DNA of 61,771 nt, the filler included, from Sphacelaria rigidula (taxonomy: Eukaryota): the NCBI GenBank assembly GCA_964200075.2. It is 8 parts of 8 records of this genome, joined end to end, with 100 filler letters (N's around TTAATTAATTAA, not from the genome) between each part and the next. Parts side by side here need not be neighbours in the genome. Positions count along the whole stretch, not along the records: positions 23,203 to 30,836 come from CAXNAA020014010.1; positions 30,937 to 38,570 come from CAXNAA020014011.1; 6 more parts are not named here. One strand, written 5' to 3'. Below the pieces are notes generated by a model that had not been told where the DNA came from, ran no database searches, and saw only the letters and a list, made by a program, of their open reading frames with translations. Position 1 is the stretch's first letter, and each line of letters begins with the position of its first letter. The translations under genes were made by a program, and so were the position numbers. Below, piece by piece: positions 23,286-35,549 of the stretch.

Positions 23286-25694
23286 CGTTTTCTTTCGGTT
23301 CCTCACGAGAGCGGGAAAATCTCAAACCCTGTTTCACATAGCCTTGATTCTATTGCGTCGCTGAAATGGGAGTGCCTCCATTCTTGACAGGCTGCCAGCA
23401 TACGGCATGCTCGTGCGCCTTTGGAGCGAAGGCAAATCCATGCCTGTCTTGGTCGTCGTGCAAACTGTCGACCACAGATGTAGACAGCATGGCGCTGAAA
23501 GGGTGCCCCCCCCCCCTACACACACACATATTTGAAGCTAAATATTGAGCTGATGCGCTTCATGGAATTTCACTATGCCTTGTAACGGGGGAGAGATGGG
23601 TTGATCCCTTGAGACCACGGACTCATCTCGAGGAAGGGGAGGGGTTCAAAGTGCGACCATGAAAAAATTAATAATTAAACTCATGCCCGGCGGCGATTGC
23701 CCGGTTCGGGCAAGTCGTTGTACAAGTGCGGACAGGTAGAATGTGCTCATGTGACATCCAGCAGCTGCTCGCGACATGCAGTTTTTCCCTTCCTCGAAAA
23801 TTTCGCCCCTATAATGGTTGAGTTCCGATCGAAGTTTCTAACCAGAAAAACTTCTGATACTCCGCGCTACCGTTCTCCCCCCTCCCCCCTCACTCTCTTG
23901 CCTGCCCCAGTTATCCATTCTCCGCTTTGGTTTCTACAGGTTTTGCTAGCGTACATGTAGAGAGTGTCCGACTAGCTGGAGCCGTCTTGATGTAGCTCAA
24001 CACTATGGGCAGGTTCATTTTGAATGCGCGGAGAGTTCATCGATAAGTCGAAGCTGATCTGTGAGGCCACCTAGTGTTGAGAAACTTTGGCTGCTGGTAG
24101 GAGAATGGCGATGTGCCTCTGCCGTCATTACGTCGCATCTCGACTTTTCTTTTGCCGTGCTTGCTGTGGATTTCAGACTGTGCAAGGCGGATGTGAAGTG
24201 TTCCGAATCGCCCCTTGAGTACCAAGCGTTCCTGTACATGGTCGGCGGGAAGTATGAGAAGTGCCGAGCGACACAGGCAGCTTTCGGGAAGTTATCCAAT
24301 GGCGAATCATGGGGATCCGGAGAGAGGAAGCTTCGTCTATCTTGACAGGTGCCGTGTGCTACCCGTTTGCAATACGTCTACCCTGCGTCTACCCTGCGTC
24401 CTGTGTTTTTTGTTGTAGGCCTCCATGTGTTCATGCCTGTGCCTAGCAGCATTTAATTTTGATTTAATGAACGAAGTTGAATACCGTTGGTATGGAGTTT
24501 GAACGATGGATCCAATGCTGACCACAGACTCATTGAGGCGAAGATATTTTCCGTAGTGGCAAATAATGCGTACGGCTGCGCCTGTGCGGTTTTACCGAAA
24601 CGTAGGTTGGGGTTGAGGCGGGAGTTGTTACACTGTTTGAGAAGTGCTTACTGGAGTCTCGGATGTTGAATACTGCTGGATGTTTTCAAGAGGTGCGGCG
24701 GTTGCGGTGCGTGTGGCATACGTGTTCTCTTTACTATCATCAGCATTCTATTTTTTCCCGCCTTTGCATTCCCCCGGTCCTTGTCTGAGATGAAATAAAT
24801 TCCCGCTTCGACAAGTTTCGAAACTCATCGTTGGCACGTTTCTGTAAAAACTTTGATGCAAAGTTTCTCGCTGCAGATGGCGCGTAGCTCACACATCTCG
24901 TACTGACGTGCTTGGATGCTCGACACGCTAGGAACGGCGTCGGTACTGTTACTGGGCGCGTCGGGTAAATCTTGAGGAACCATTCCACACTGCTTCCATG
25001 TCAATTTATGCTCTCGACTCCAACTCGCCCTGTCAGAACACAATCGGGACGACACGGTTTCCAAAAGCAGGTTCACCCGCACACAGGGCACCGAGCAGGT
25101 CTCGAAACTCTGAGCGCTTTCCGAGTAAATTTGCACCAAAAAAGGACCGTTCGAAGGCTCCGCAACGGTTTGGGCTAGGAGGCGAAAATATGAGACGGAA
25201 GCAAGTGTGGTCTGTGCGTGTGTAGAGTCAGGAGTCAGGTGAGGCAAATACTGTGGAAACGCAGAACACGAAATCATGGCCTTTTAGATCCACGATTCCA
25301 GCCAGCGGAAAATAAGAGAGTCATAGCGCTTGAACGTAGCGTGCAGCTCCCTAAAAAGGTGTGACACAAGGTGAAGTCGGAGTCACCCTGGTACCGTGCC
25401 TGTGACGCATTTCCTATGCTTTGCGTTGTTGTTTGCATCTGTGCCACCACAGGCGCCGTCCGCTGTGTTTAGTTTTAGTTTTTTCCAGAAATCGCGTTTC
25501 TACGTTGTCCTTGTGACCAACTTGGGCATACGATACGTGATACGTTTTGTACTCTTCTGAGCTGGCGTCTGTTCGTATGTTGTAATACACTTCCAAGTAG
25601 TAGTGAAGAACGGTACTCCAGAAAAACTAAAAAAAAAGGACAAGTACGAATTCTGAAAACTTCTGATGCTGACTACTATATATTGTTATTGGTT

Positions 25695-25912
25695 TAGACC
25701 GGCCATTTCTTTCTGTGCTTTTTTTTCTCGACTTTTTATTCATTTTTTTTTTTTACGTTTTAGTCTACTGTGTCGTTCTGCTCGACTTTTCGTGTTCCTT
25801 CTTTTTCTTCAGCGAGTGTTTCAGTTTTGTTTCGTCTTGGTTACGTCTATCATGTGACCACGGCTGGATCATGACCCCTGGGGGTCAGTTAAAGTGCGAC
25901 AATCAAATAATC
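25695..25912 (+). mobile_element. Non-LTR (probably RTE-type) 3' UTR fragment with AATC-like tail
   Basis: Homologous to 46905-47128; both end GACCCCTGGGGGTCAGTTAAAGTGCGACA..CAATCAAA. Confidence 0.7.
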
Positions 25913-26223
25913 TTGAGCACACCAGACGCGTGTTGTGTGTGTTCCATGTAGATGCAGCTCGCGGCTTCTTTCTGAGATTTGTGCTCCTGCGCTGCGGCCG
26001 CCGGTTGTTTTACCATTCACGCTCCCGACTGCCGACTGCCGACTGCCGTGTGCGGTCGGTTCATCTGTGAAAGGTGTTTTGTTTGCCCCATGTCCGTCTA
26101 CATATTGTACTGTTTCGTACGGTTGTGTTGTGCTGTCATGGCTGGCAGTCAGTACAGCCTATAACGATTGGGCAGCCTGGGCGGTACTACGAGCTGAGCC
26201 GTCCAAGATGCAAACAGAAATGT

Positions 26224-26815
26224 TGACACGCGAATCCTGAGCTTAATTTTGAGTCGTTTTCGATGAAATTTTGACATGATGTACGGGACGTGTATGCGAA
26301 GACCTTGCCGTACCCCCCCGTGTCTTTTTTGTTCTTTGTTCGTGAGTCATTGGCAGTTCTGTTCCAAAAGCTGGTCTGAAATATTTTGTCGCACATAACT
26401 CCTGTACATCATGTCAAAACTTCATAAAAAAACTACTCAAATTTAAGCTCAGGAATTGCGTCATTTTGTCGAAAACCGGTTCCTATAGTATGTGGAGCGT
26501 CACGAATAATCCAAACGCAATTATGCTGTTCAATTTCAAGTCGTTTTCGATGAATTTTTGACACGATATAGGAGACATATCCGCGGAGACCGCTTTTTAA
26601 TCCCCCTTCCCCCACCCCTGTTTTTTTGTTTATCTTCGTGAGTTATTGGCAATTTTGTTCCGAAAAAATGTTCTGAAATGTTCCGTTGCCAATAACTCAC
26701 GAAGAGAAAGAATATCACGGGAGGAACCAAGGGGTCTTCGCACATACGTCCTGTACATCGTGTCAAAACTTATTCATAAACGACTCAAAATTGAGCTCGG
26801 TAATCGCATCATTCT
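26224..26815. repeat. Two tandem palindromic (MITE-like) units
   Basis: GAGCTTAATTTTGAGTCGTTTTCGATGAAATTTTGACATGATGTAC arm at about 26240 and 26528; inverted arms at about 26390-26462 and 26732-26800. Confidence 0.7.
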
Positions 26816-29800
26816 CTCGGAATCGACGTGTCTTCTGCTTTCAGAGGTCTTCACAAGCTGCTCGTTGGTTCGCACACTACCACCAGACGCCTTGGCGCGC
26901 TGGGGGCCTCATCTGCGTGCCATCTCAGAGACTGCACGCCTAGTGCGACATGTGTTGTTGTGCAATGGCAGCTTGTGCAGCACCACGAGGCACAACCGAC
27001 TGTAACCGGAATCCAATTTCAGCCGTTTTTTTGGCTAATTCCGTCGCACATTTTACCCTCAGCTCTCTACACTTCGGCACTTGACTACAGTTTGGTATTT
27101 CGTTTGATGAGACCTTGTGGGATCGCCGTGCTCCATTGATTTGAAGACGCGCGCTGATGTGCCGATCATCATGATGTGTCATAGTGGGCACAACTCGCTA
27201 TACATCGTCAGTTAGAAGGGGCTAAAGGAAAATGAAACTCTTTGGCGGCCCAGCTCGTATGGCACCGCCTTTCATCGTCCTTCGAGGAGGCGCTTTTGTC
27301 GCATCTGATCTTGACACAACTTTATCTCGTGTGCTCCAAATTTGTGTTCATCACAGAAGCTTACAGCGCCGATCGCCACCTCAGAAACATACCCCCGCCT
27401 GAGTTTCGCAGCAAGCAGTCTCCGCCGATGGTGTTGGCGGCGGCCGCCGACGATGGAAACTACGGGGCGCCACTAGCAAGCGCCGCGCAGGCTGCAACCA
27501 CCGCTGGAAGAGCTGCGGTTCTGTTCATTTAGGGGTCATCTCTCATGTCACGACAGCTGGGAAACACGACAATATCCGCCGTGAAAGTTCGAAGATGTTT
27601 TTCCCTCTACATTCGCGGTGTAGTGCGCAACTTTGGCTCGAATCGTGCCTCTTGGATACATGAGACTGTTCCGGAAATGCCGTCGCCATGTCACCGTTTT
27701 CCGAATTTGTGTATGTTCCGTTCTCGTTTCCCATCGGGACCGGTTACTTGTCTCCTCGGTATTCTTTCCGTCCCTTTTCTGTTTTGTTCGCCTTCCGTTT
27801 TTCTCAGTTTACCCTGTCTGTTTTATGTTTCCCCCTTGTCTTCCACCTTTCTCTACTTTCCTTTGGAGAGCATTTCCGTTGTGTTCACCTTGGGTACGCC
27901 TATCTTGTGGATGATGACCACCACTGTGTCTCTCGTGTATCACTTAATGCGCGGCAATCAGTTGATCAGATTTATGCTGTGACTACTGGCCATTTGACGC
28001 TCACGACGATCAGTTTGTAGCGTAGAGAAAAAGAGAGCAAATTAATCGTCAATTCGTCCTGCGCAGTGCAGAGCGATGACTGTCGCCCACGATCGCACGC
28101 CGTGTCAGGAAACAAACCCCAAGTATCATTCAAAATGGACAACCATCGCCGCAGTTTATGAAATTAGTTCTTTTGCTGGATATTTATTCGCTTCCCACTA
28201 CCGCACGTATTGTTGACCCGCAGGTCAGGTTGTACTGGTGTGTGTGTGTGGGGATCGCTTCGTACGACAGAAGCATGCGTCCAGGATAGGAGAGGGCGGT
28301 GGTGCGGGACATAGGTCATGGGGCACGGAACCTCGGAAGGGCTGCTTTCTTGAATGCAGAATTGTTGGCACTGCAGTGAAGCGACGCCATCCAGTAGACG
28401 CGGTCTTGGACGCACCTGACGCAGCGGGGAGAACTCGGCAAGACCCTGAACGCCGAGGCGTACACTTTGAAGTGCTACTGAAGGGAGGGCGCACTTGGCT
28501 CCATGTCATCTCCCGGTGCTTTTCCCTCCAAGAATCCGAGAAACCTGTTGCCTTCACGAGGCACGGTCGTGGGAGGACGGGGACGTTCTACTTCCCAAAA
28601 CTCGGCAGGTGTAGGCTGTGCACGTGTTCTTACCGAAGATGATGTGCAGGCCGTCTGCCTCTCGTTTGGTAGGGTACACTGTTACGCATACTGACGGAAT
28701 CGGCGTTGACTGACACCCGTACTGTTAAGTTATCCGTATGCGAGCATGTGCCGTACCTTGGTATAATGTCTAAATATATTGTGCTTCTGGAGGCTAGTGA
28801 GGGTGGGTGGGTCGCGGGGCGTGAGCCTGAAAGAATAGGATGCCCCCATCGTTTGGATCAGAGTCAGTTGTGCCTTCTTCGGCCATCAGTTTAACATCGG
28901 ATGAACCAGTCTTGTTTTGCAATGGACTGTGTGTATCTCTGCCCCGGAATATCCGCCAAAAATTATTGACCTCGGATCGGCCGCGTGCGCTTTTTGCACA
29001 CGACCGTAAACAGACACGGCCATTGTCGGTCTAGGTGACGTGCCGTGGCAGCCTGCGCCTCTGCTTGAGCACAGAAGACTTGGAACCACTCAAGCAGTTT
29101 GAAGAACATTGCAGGCGTAGGGTAGATGCGTCGGGTGGTGATCGTCGACCTCGTTCCCACGAAACGATCACCGTGAACCCTGGAAACTCCCCCTGTTTGA
29201 GATGTAGGACTATGTCATCGCGATTGGCCTGAGAGGCATGAGCTGTCACCATGTCATCTACAACAACTTTGTGTCCAGTCGGCATTGCCAAGACAGTGTA
29301 TGTCGAGCTCCATGGCGACGGATCACACTACGTCGACTTGGATGGTACTGTAACAGGAACCCGTCTATAATTCGTTGATTCTTGATGAACACCTGGCAAA
29401 ACGAGATGTTCTGTTATTTATGGTCAAGTTGTTGTGACGTCACCGGATGTTGGAGTGGAAAAATCAGACACGGCATATTGCTCTCACTAGTATGGGCTTC
29501 AACCCTTCGACCGCGGAGGTGTCAATTTGCGGAATCAGCATCATTTTCACTCGAGAAGGGACTGGAATTGGTGCCGATTGAACAAATCGAGGGTTCGAGG
29601 CTGGTTGGAGTGCGTGTTGAATTGTCCGTCTTTCGGGTTGAACAGCGGGAAACTACAAAAGTGTCCCCGAGCTGTAACGAAAAAAAAAAAACTGATTTTT
29701 GCGAGTCTTGGTTTCATGTGCTGTGTCGTGGCATGCCAAAGTGCGATTTCAATCGCCCTCTTGGTTTTCTGCCGCTATATGGCCACTGCACCATGTACAT

Positions 29801-29878
29801 TGCTGCTTTTTCAAATACCGGTGTTGTATACCGTCCCGTCTCTGTTTCGCCCGTTCTCCGGCCCCCTTCCGAGTCTCT

Positions 29879-30049
29879 CACACTTTGCACAATATATGGT
29901 CAAAAATTGCAATAGACAAGAAACGTACTGCGTAAAGTATTGGCCTGTTGTGACTATTGTCAGGCGGCAATAGTTGCAATAGGCCTATACTTCATGCAGA
30001 ACAGTTCTCGTCTATTGCATCTATCGACTATATGTTGTGTTCAGGGTGT
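29879..30049. repeat. Imperfect 170-bp hairpin (MITE-like)
   Basis: 29879-29961 pairs with 29966-30049 (TGCAATAGAC/GTCTATTGCA and others). Confidence 0.7.
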
Positions 30050-30836
30050 GGAGTTTTTCGACAGCTATGGTAGGGGTACACGTTGTTTCGAGCACGGTGA
30101 ACTGTGAGAACTTTTTGTCGAAAATCTTTTCATATTCAGCCGGTTCGATGCAATGTTACCCTCTCACTAGCTGCGGAAAAACTCGGTAGAGACATCTCTG
30201 TGGGGAGATCGCCGGACGCGGCCGAGGGGTGTTATCCACCGTCACCTACTCACTACAATATTGTGGAGCAAAGTTTGTCGCATAAACGTTTCTAACGTAA
30301 CAAATAATACTGCCGGGTCGGTGCGGATTTCCTTCCGAAGAGACAACTCGTCTGATTGTGCCTTCTCGGATAGATACGTCGTACTTTCTGGGAGGGAGTC
30401 CATCGCACGTTCTGATTTTTCACACGCTCAGTTCAGCTCTTCTTTGCCAGGTCGGTAATTTCTCATGGCGAAAATGATCAGACTAATTGAATATCCCTGT
30501 GAGTGTCTCTGATATTCTCGTAAGAACTCGGGGATCGATTGTGAGTGGATGGTCAGGCGTGATATATATTTCGTGAGAGGGGCGGACTTCTCCGCAAAAC
30601 GTTTCGGCTCTGTCCTGTTCTCGATCTATATTATTTCTGACCGCCCAAGTTGTATGCTCTCGTGTGAATTGCTAGTCCGACCGCAAGTCAAACCAGGTGC
30701 GGAAGATGGAAGAAGTGCACTCGAAGCTTCTCCGAGAGTGCAGGACGTCTTTCCGAGGGAGGACACTCCGAACAGTGTTTTCGTGAGATTGAGAGTAGAT
30801 GATACGATTGAGAGTGAAAAGCGGTCAATGAGTGAA

Positions 30837-30936
30837 NNNNNNNNNNNNNNNNNNNNNNNNNNNNNNNNNNNNNNNNNNNNTTAATTAATTAANNNNNNNN
30901 NNNNNNNNNNNNNNNNNNNNNNNNNNNNNNNNNNNN
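30837..30936. other. Artificial contig-joining linker
   Basis: 44 N + TTAATTAATTAA + 44 N. Confidence 0.98.
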
Positions 30937-31404
30937 CCCCCCCCCTCTCCCCCCTTCCCCCCCGAGACGAGGACCGCCGCACGTGATGTTTTGGGATATT
31001 ACAAAAACAATCATCAAATTTCACTATATGATCCGTGCTTTTCAGAGTTATTCAGCTCAAGTGAAAAAAAAGAACAGACACGTCCGCGGGAGCTGCGCTC
31101 TTCCAGGTTTCCCATCAACTTGTTGCGGGGAAGCAATAGCTCGCAACAGCTATCTGAAATCGTTGGCGGGTTGTGGCACGGTAGGGGATGCCACAACGTT
31201 GTCCCCGAGGCTCTGCACTCATGGAGCTCTTCAATAACGAACATCTGGCCCAAAGTTTGCGGCAGCCTCGGACAACTTCTGGCCTTAAACGTCTAATCCT
31301 TACCTTATAACCACTATGACAGAGAGGGACGGAGCAAATGAAACACAGCATGGATCTAGCTCAAATGCTGATCAGAAGATCATGCCTTAGCAATCCTCTC
31401 TCAC

Positions 31405-34191
31405 CATGTTGTCGATGATGGTCCTTGCGTTGTTCTCGGTTGCCGTTCCGGTTGGCTTGCCCAGGTGGGATACGTTTGGGTTGGAGAACAGGTTTATCCT
31501 CGTGCTGTTTGTGTCGTGGCATTCGTATGCCATTACGGTGTGGTACCTGTGCAAAATCAAAGGCACGTATCTGCGTTCGTGAAATATGTTGCGGAAAGTC
31601 GACCAACTTCGGCTCACATCTAAATCGCGTTCGTGTTTCCATGTCAGACAAAAGTTTTATTTTGCCTTGATCTTGTTTTTGATGAGTAGTTCCGTTTCCT
31701 GTCGTCTGATCGCCTTCTCGTTCCGTTTTTTTATTTTTTATTTTTTGGTACATTTCAGTTGTTCCATCACTGAATGGGTATCGAGTGCATGTTTCCGGTC
31801 CATCGTTTTATTTTCGTTTTGCCTCTGTTTTGTTGTTGATGTTGTTGTTGTTGTTGTTGTTGTGTTCCCTTTCATTGTTTTTGTTTTATTCTGCTTCCAT
31901 TTCGATTCGTTTCGTGTTATGCAACGTTGTTAGGCTTGTTCTCCCTTGTCTTGTCTTGTCCCGACCAATCCCGCGGACCGGTAGGCGCTTGAGGGAGACC
32001 ACGACCACCTCTGAAGATATGTGCAAGAATAGCATATTCATCCGAGATAGATCAACGCTATAAAGCCACAACCGACACGTCCATCACCCCGCACATACGA
32101 TAGTGGACGTAGTGATCCCTAGGTCACCACCCTTCCGAAGGTTGCCTACTGTAGTATTTCTTGGGCACATGTTGTGGTTCGAAATCTATCACGTTTCGTT
32201 TCATGGCGAAAAAACGCCTCTTTCACCGACCGGGGGAAAGGGATTGGAAACACGTGTGCTGTACTATACCATCCAAAGGCTTAGTACGGTGTCTAGAGTA
32301 GTGTGCCGTACAGTGCTGCCGGCTGTACGATGCGCAGCCGAGCATTGGTGGATGTACAACATGAGTGTTGCTGGGAAACCTTGGAGCTGTTCCACAACAA
32401 TCATAGTAGGATATTCAGTGCTGGCACTTATTGCCTTCCATGATATGCTCGATGCAAGTCTCTTCACAACGCTACGATAGGGACGTGTGTCAAGGACTTC
32501 GTTCAAAAGAACCTCACCCATTTGTTACACCATTGGGCGCCAAAACATGTTGAGACAAGCATTCGCCACAAGTGGGCAATGTTCAGCAGTTCGCGCTGGA
32601 ACAGAGGTCCTTGCTTCGCTGTTTTTCCGTGACCAGACGACTCCTCTTTGTTGGCTTGGAGCGAAATACTATACTTGCCCGTGTTCCCGGAACTTTACTG
32701 GAAACACGCATGACTGACTTCGAAAGATTGTACCGTACGTTGGTCGGCGATCCCTTCCCCATCTCCCCCGCCTGCTCAACCTCCCACCTTTGAAATCTCC
32801 TTGATACGCAAGGGACATCGACCGGCAAAGCTGTTCGCAGAGGAGACTGGCGGCCAAAGGGCTTGGATAGCTTGACTAATCTTTACTTCTCAACTCGAAG
32901 ACGATCGAACTACTAAAAGGGAGCTCTGCATACGCATGATGGACGCAAAACCGATCGAGTACATCCTACAAATCATGACCGGCCGACGGAGCAGCAGGGT
33001 TTATCCAATCTTTCACCCAGCACAGATCAAACTGGTCACATTGATGCCACCCTCCTGAACTACCCCACACCTTCAATTACGGGATTATTATTAAATATTA
33101 CGGGATGGTGTTGTTTTATAGGTGGGTCCGAGAGTAGCGAGAAGAAACTGGGTTAACATCGCTGGCTCGTGGGGGACGGGGTTGATGGAAGTCGCAGTGC
33201 ACTACCTCAGCGTATGGCTTGCATGGGAAGCCAATGACACATACACGTAATTGCTGTTGTGGTCATTCAAGTTTGAAGCTAAGCAATGCTCTGTTTAACG
33301 TACAGGGGGGATGGAAGAACGACTACCGCAGCAAGGCGAACACATGTTCCAACTTTACCGATACTTTCATCGCCGCCCGCGTTCACACTCACCTTTCTTC
33401 TGCGGGACCAGCGTCGCAATAGCGGGTACCGTGAGAGTACTCTGTGTTCGATGTCGTGCTGTCCCTGTTGTGCTCGCATCCTAGGTTATGGCCGAATTCG
33501 TGAGTGTGGCTAAACCCGTCGAAGCAGTTCGGAGACACCACTGAAACTCTGGCAGGCTCCCCCCCCCGGTACACGTCCCTGATGTAGTACAGGGAAAAAG
33601 TGCGGGCGGTGAGAGTGAAGAGGGTGCGAGTACATGGAGCGGGGTTGATGCGTGGAGGGGAAAAGGGACACACACACAATGCCGCTCGGCGGCGACTAGG
33701 CAAACAACCACTCCATCATCCACCCGCGTGTAGCATAGCTAAGTGTTCCTTACACTTGCGTAGGGAAGTGCCCAGGGGTAATGGTTGGTATATGACATTC
33801 TGGTACATGTCCGGGTATACATCCTCAAGGCGGGACTTCAACCGTGCAGGGCTCCGCAGCGCTTCATAGCCCCAACATACGAGTCTTCGTTTACCCGCGA
33901 CCACAGGACTTCTTGCATAGGGAAGTGCCCAGGGATAATGATTGGTGTGGGACATTCAGGTATATACCCGGGTACACATCTTCAAGGCGGGGCCTCAACC
34001 GTACAGCACTCCACAGCCCGTCATAACCCCAACATACAAATCTTCGCTTACCCTCGACCGCAGGATCTGTCCAGGGCCCCGACAAGCTGGACGAGATCGG
34101 CCTGGTACTGGTCCCGGAGGTCCGCCACTTCCTCGCTGTCCCTGAGCTCCTTTATAGCATCAAAGCCGTTTGTAAACGGGGTGTATGGCAC
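31405..34191 (-). CDS. Metzincin zinc metallopeptidase, peptidyl-Asp metalloendopeptidase (M72)/reprolysin-like; partial, exons 34191-34052, 33578-33393, 31546-31405
   Basis: GT-AG junctions in phases 2,2 give ...VADLRDQYQADLVQLV...SCGRG...NCFDGFSHTHEFGHNLGCEHNRD...YSHGTRYC...RYHTVMAYEC...RINLFSNPNVSHLGKPTGTATENNARTI; HExxHxxGxxH zinc motif and Met-turn present. Confidence 0.9.
33755..34068. repeat. 157-bp tandem duplication spanning an exon end and splice donor
   Basis: CTTGC(G/A)TAGGGAAGTGCCCAGGG at 33755 and 33912. Confidence 0.85.
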
Positions 34192-34578
34192 CTGCCCCGC
34201 CAATTTTGTCCCGCAGGTACGAGACGGGGAGAAGGGTGGGTTGCTTTCTGCTTCACACGTCAATCACGACCATAGAAGACACTTTCGACTAGAGCCCTTT
34301 CACAAAGCAGTGGCTAGCCTGGGGAGGCAACCTTTACACGGGAATAAAAAAAAAAGCCGAGCACAACGAGCAGCTGGGAATTCTCACGCTTGGGTTCGTT
34401 TTCACCTACGTCGCTCATATGAGGCGCTTCATGCGGCCTGAAACCAAACATCGGGCGCTGTATGACCATTTTCTTCGTGCCAGTTTTGCGCTGGTTTTCG
34501 GGAGGGAGCTATCGTGGAAAGAAACATTACTCGTTTCGACTTCTTGCAGGTCACACTCGAGGCTCGCTTCTGAGACCT

Positions 34579-34666
34579 GTGACGGTTTAAGATACAACCA
34601 ACTAGACTACTGACCAGTCAGCGCTGACTGGTCAGTAGTCTAGTTGGTTGCCTCTTAAACCGTCAC
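34579..34666. repeat. 88-bp near-perfect spacerless palindrome
   Basis: The central 56 bp is a perfect palindrome centred on CAGCGCTG; 2 mismatched pairs in total. Confidence 0.92.
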
Positions 34667-35291
34667 GGACGGAGAAGAATTGCACGAGTACGCGCCATTC
34701 TAGTACGCTCGGCTGGCCATGGTATTTGATGATATCGACGTAAAAGTCGGTAGCCTAATCATCACATAGGGAACTACGCTGTTGACTACACGCTGAGGCA
34801 CAGGCTGATCCCCCCTAGTACTCGAAACAAACAAACAAACAAACATGTCTACGGGGTGCATGTTACAAACTCGTGCCTAACGTAGCACAGCCGTCAAAAC
34901 TCTTGCAATCGTGCACACAAGTACCCTGAAGTGCGCCGTACACTCTGCTTTGCCAGTCTTGCAACTGAAAGGGCCACGGCCTAATACCATGAAGTAAATG
35001 GACAGTATCAGCCCCCCCCTCCGAAAAAGAGAAGATAACAAAAACCGTTAAGGAAAGGAAAAATATGACTTTGCGCCATTTTTTTACGCTCCCATTGGAG
35101 CGTGCACAAGCAGCGCATCGAATATACGGAGGCCACGAGCTATCACCAGCGCGGTGTGCGTGTGCTTTTTTGTTAGGTGACAACGGAGGATCTTGGGTTC
35201 GGGAGTTCACTCAACAACTATAATCCAGAAACCCAACCAAACCACGGGTGCTCTTCAGCGTAGCTCTCAAGCGAACCTCCCCCCTCCCTCG

Positions 35292-35367
35292 TCCGTCTCG
35301 AAAGGGATGCGTGGTCAAGAGTCACACGACAAAGGCAAGCAACGAATGAGTACCCCCCCCCCCCCCC
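35292..35367 (+). mobile_element. LINE family A 3' end with poly(C)
   Basis: TCCGTCTCGAAGGGATGCGTGGTCAA...GGCAAGCAACGAATGAGTAC followed by a C run; CCTCCCCCTCCC upstream. Confidence 0.85.
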
Positions 35368-35549
35368 GTCTCTCCTGGACATCTCAGGTCGTAATTCTGA
35401 AGCATTGAGTGACGAAACGCCAGAGACCCGTTTTTTTGTCTCGAGCAGTGGGACCAGGTATTGTGCATGCTCCGACGGACCAAACTTCGACCTCGAAGAT
35501 ACACAAGGGTAGGACAGACGAGCAAAGTAGACAGGAGAAAATGATCCAT

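Noticed and set aside
33785..34441. 218-aa plus-strand ORF
   Set aside because: Antisense shadow of a metalloprotease exon and the tandem duplication
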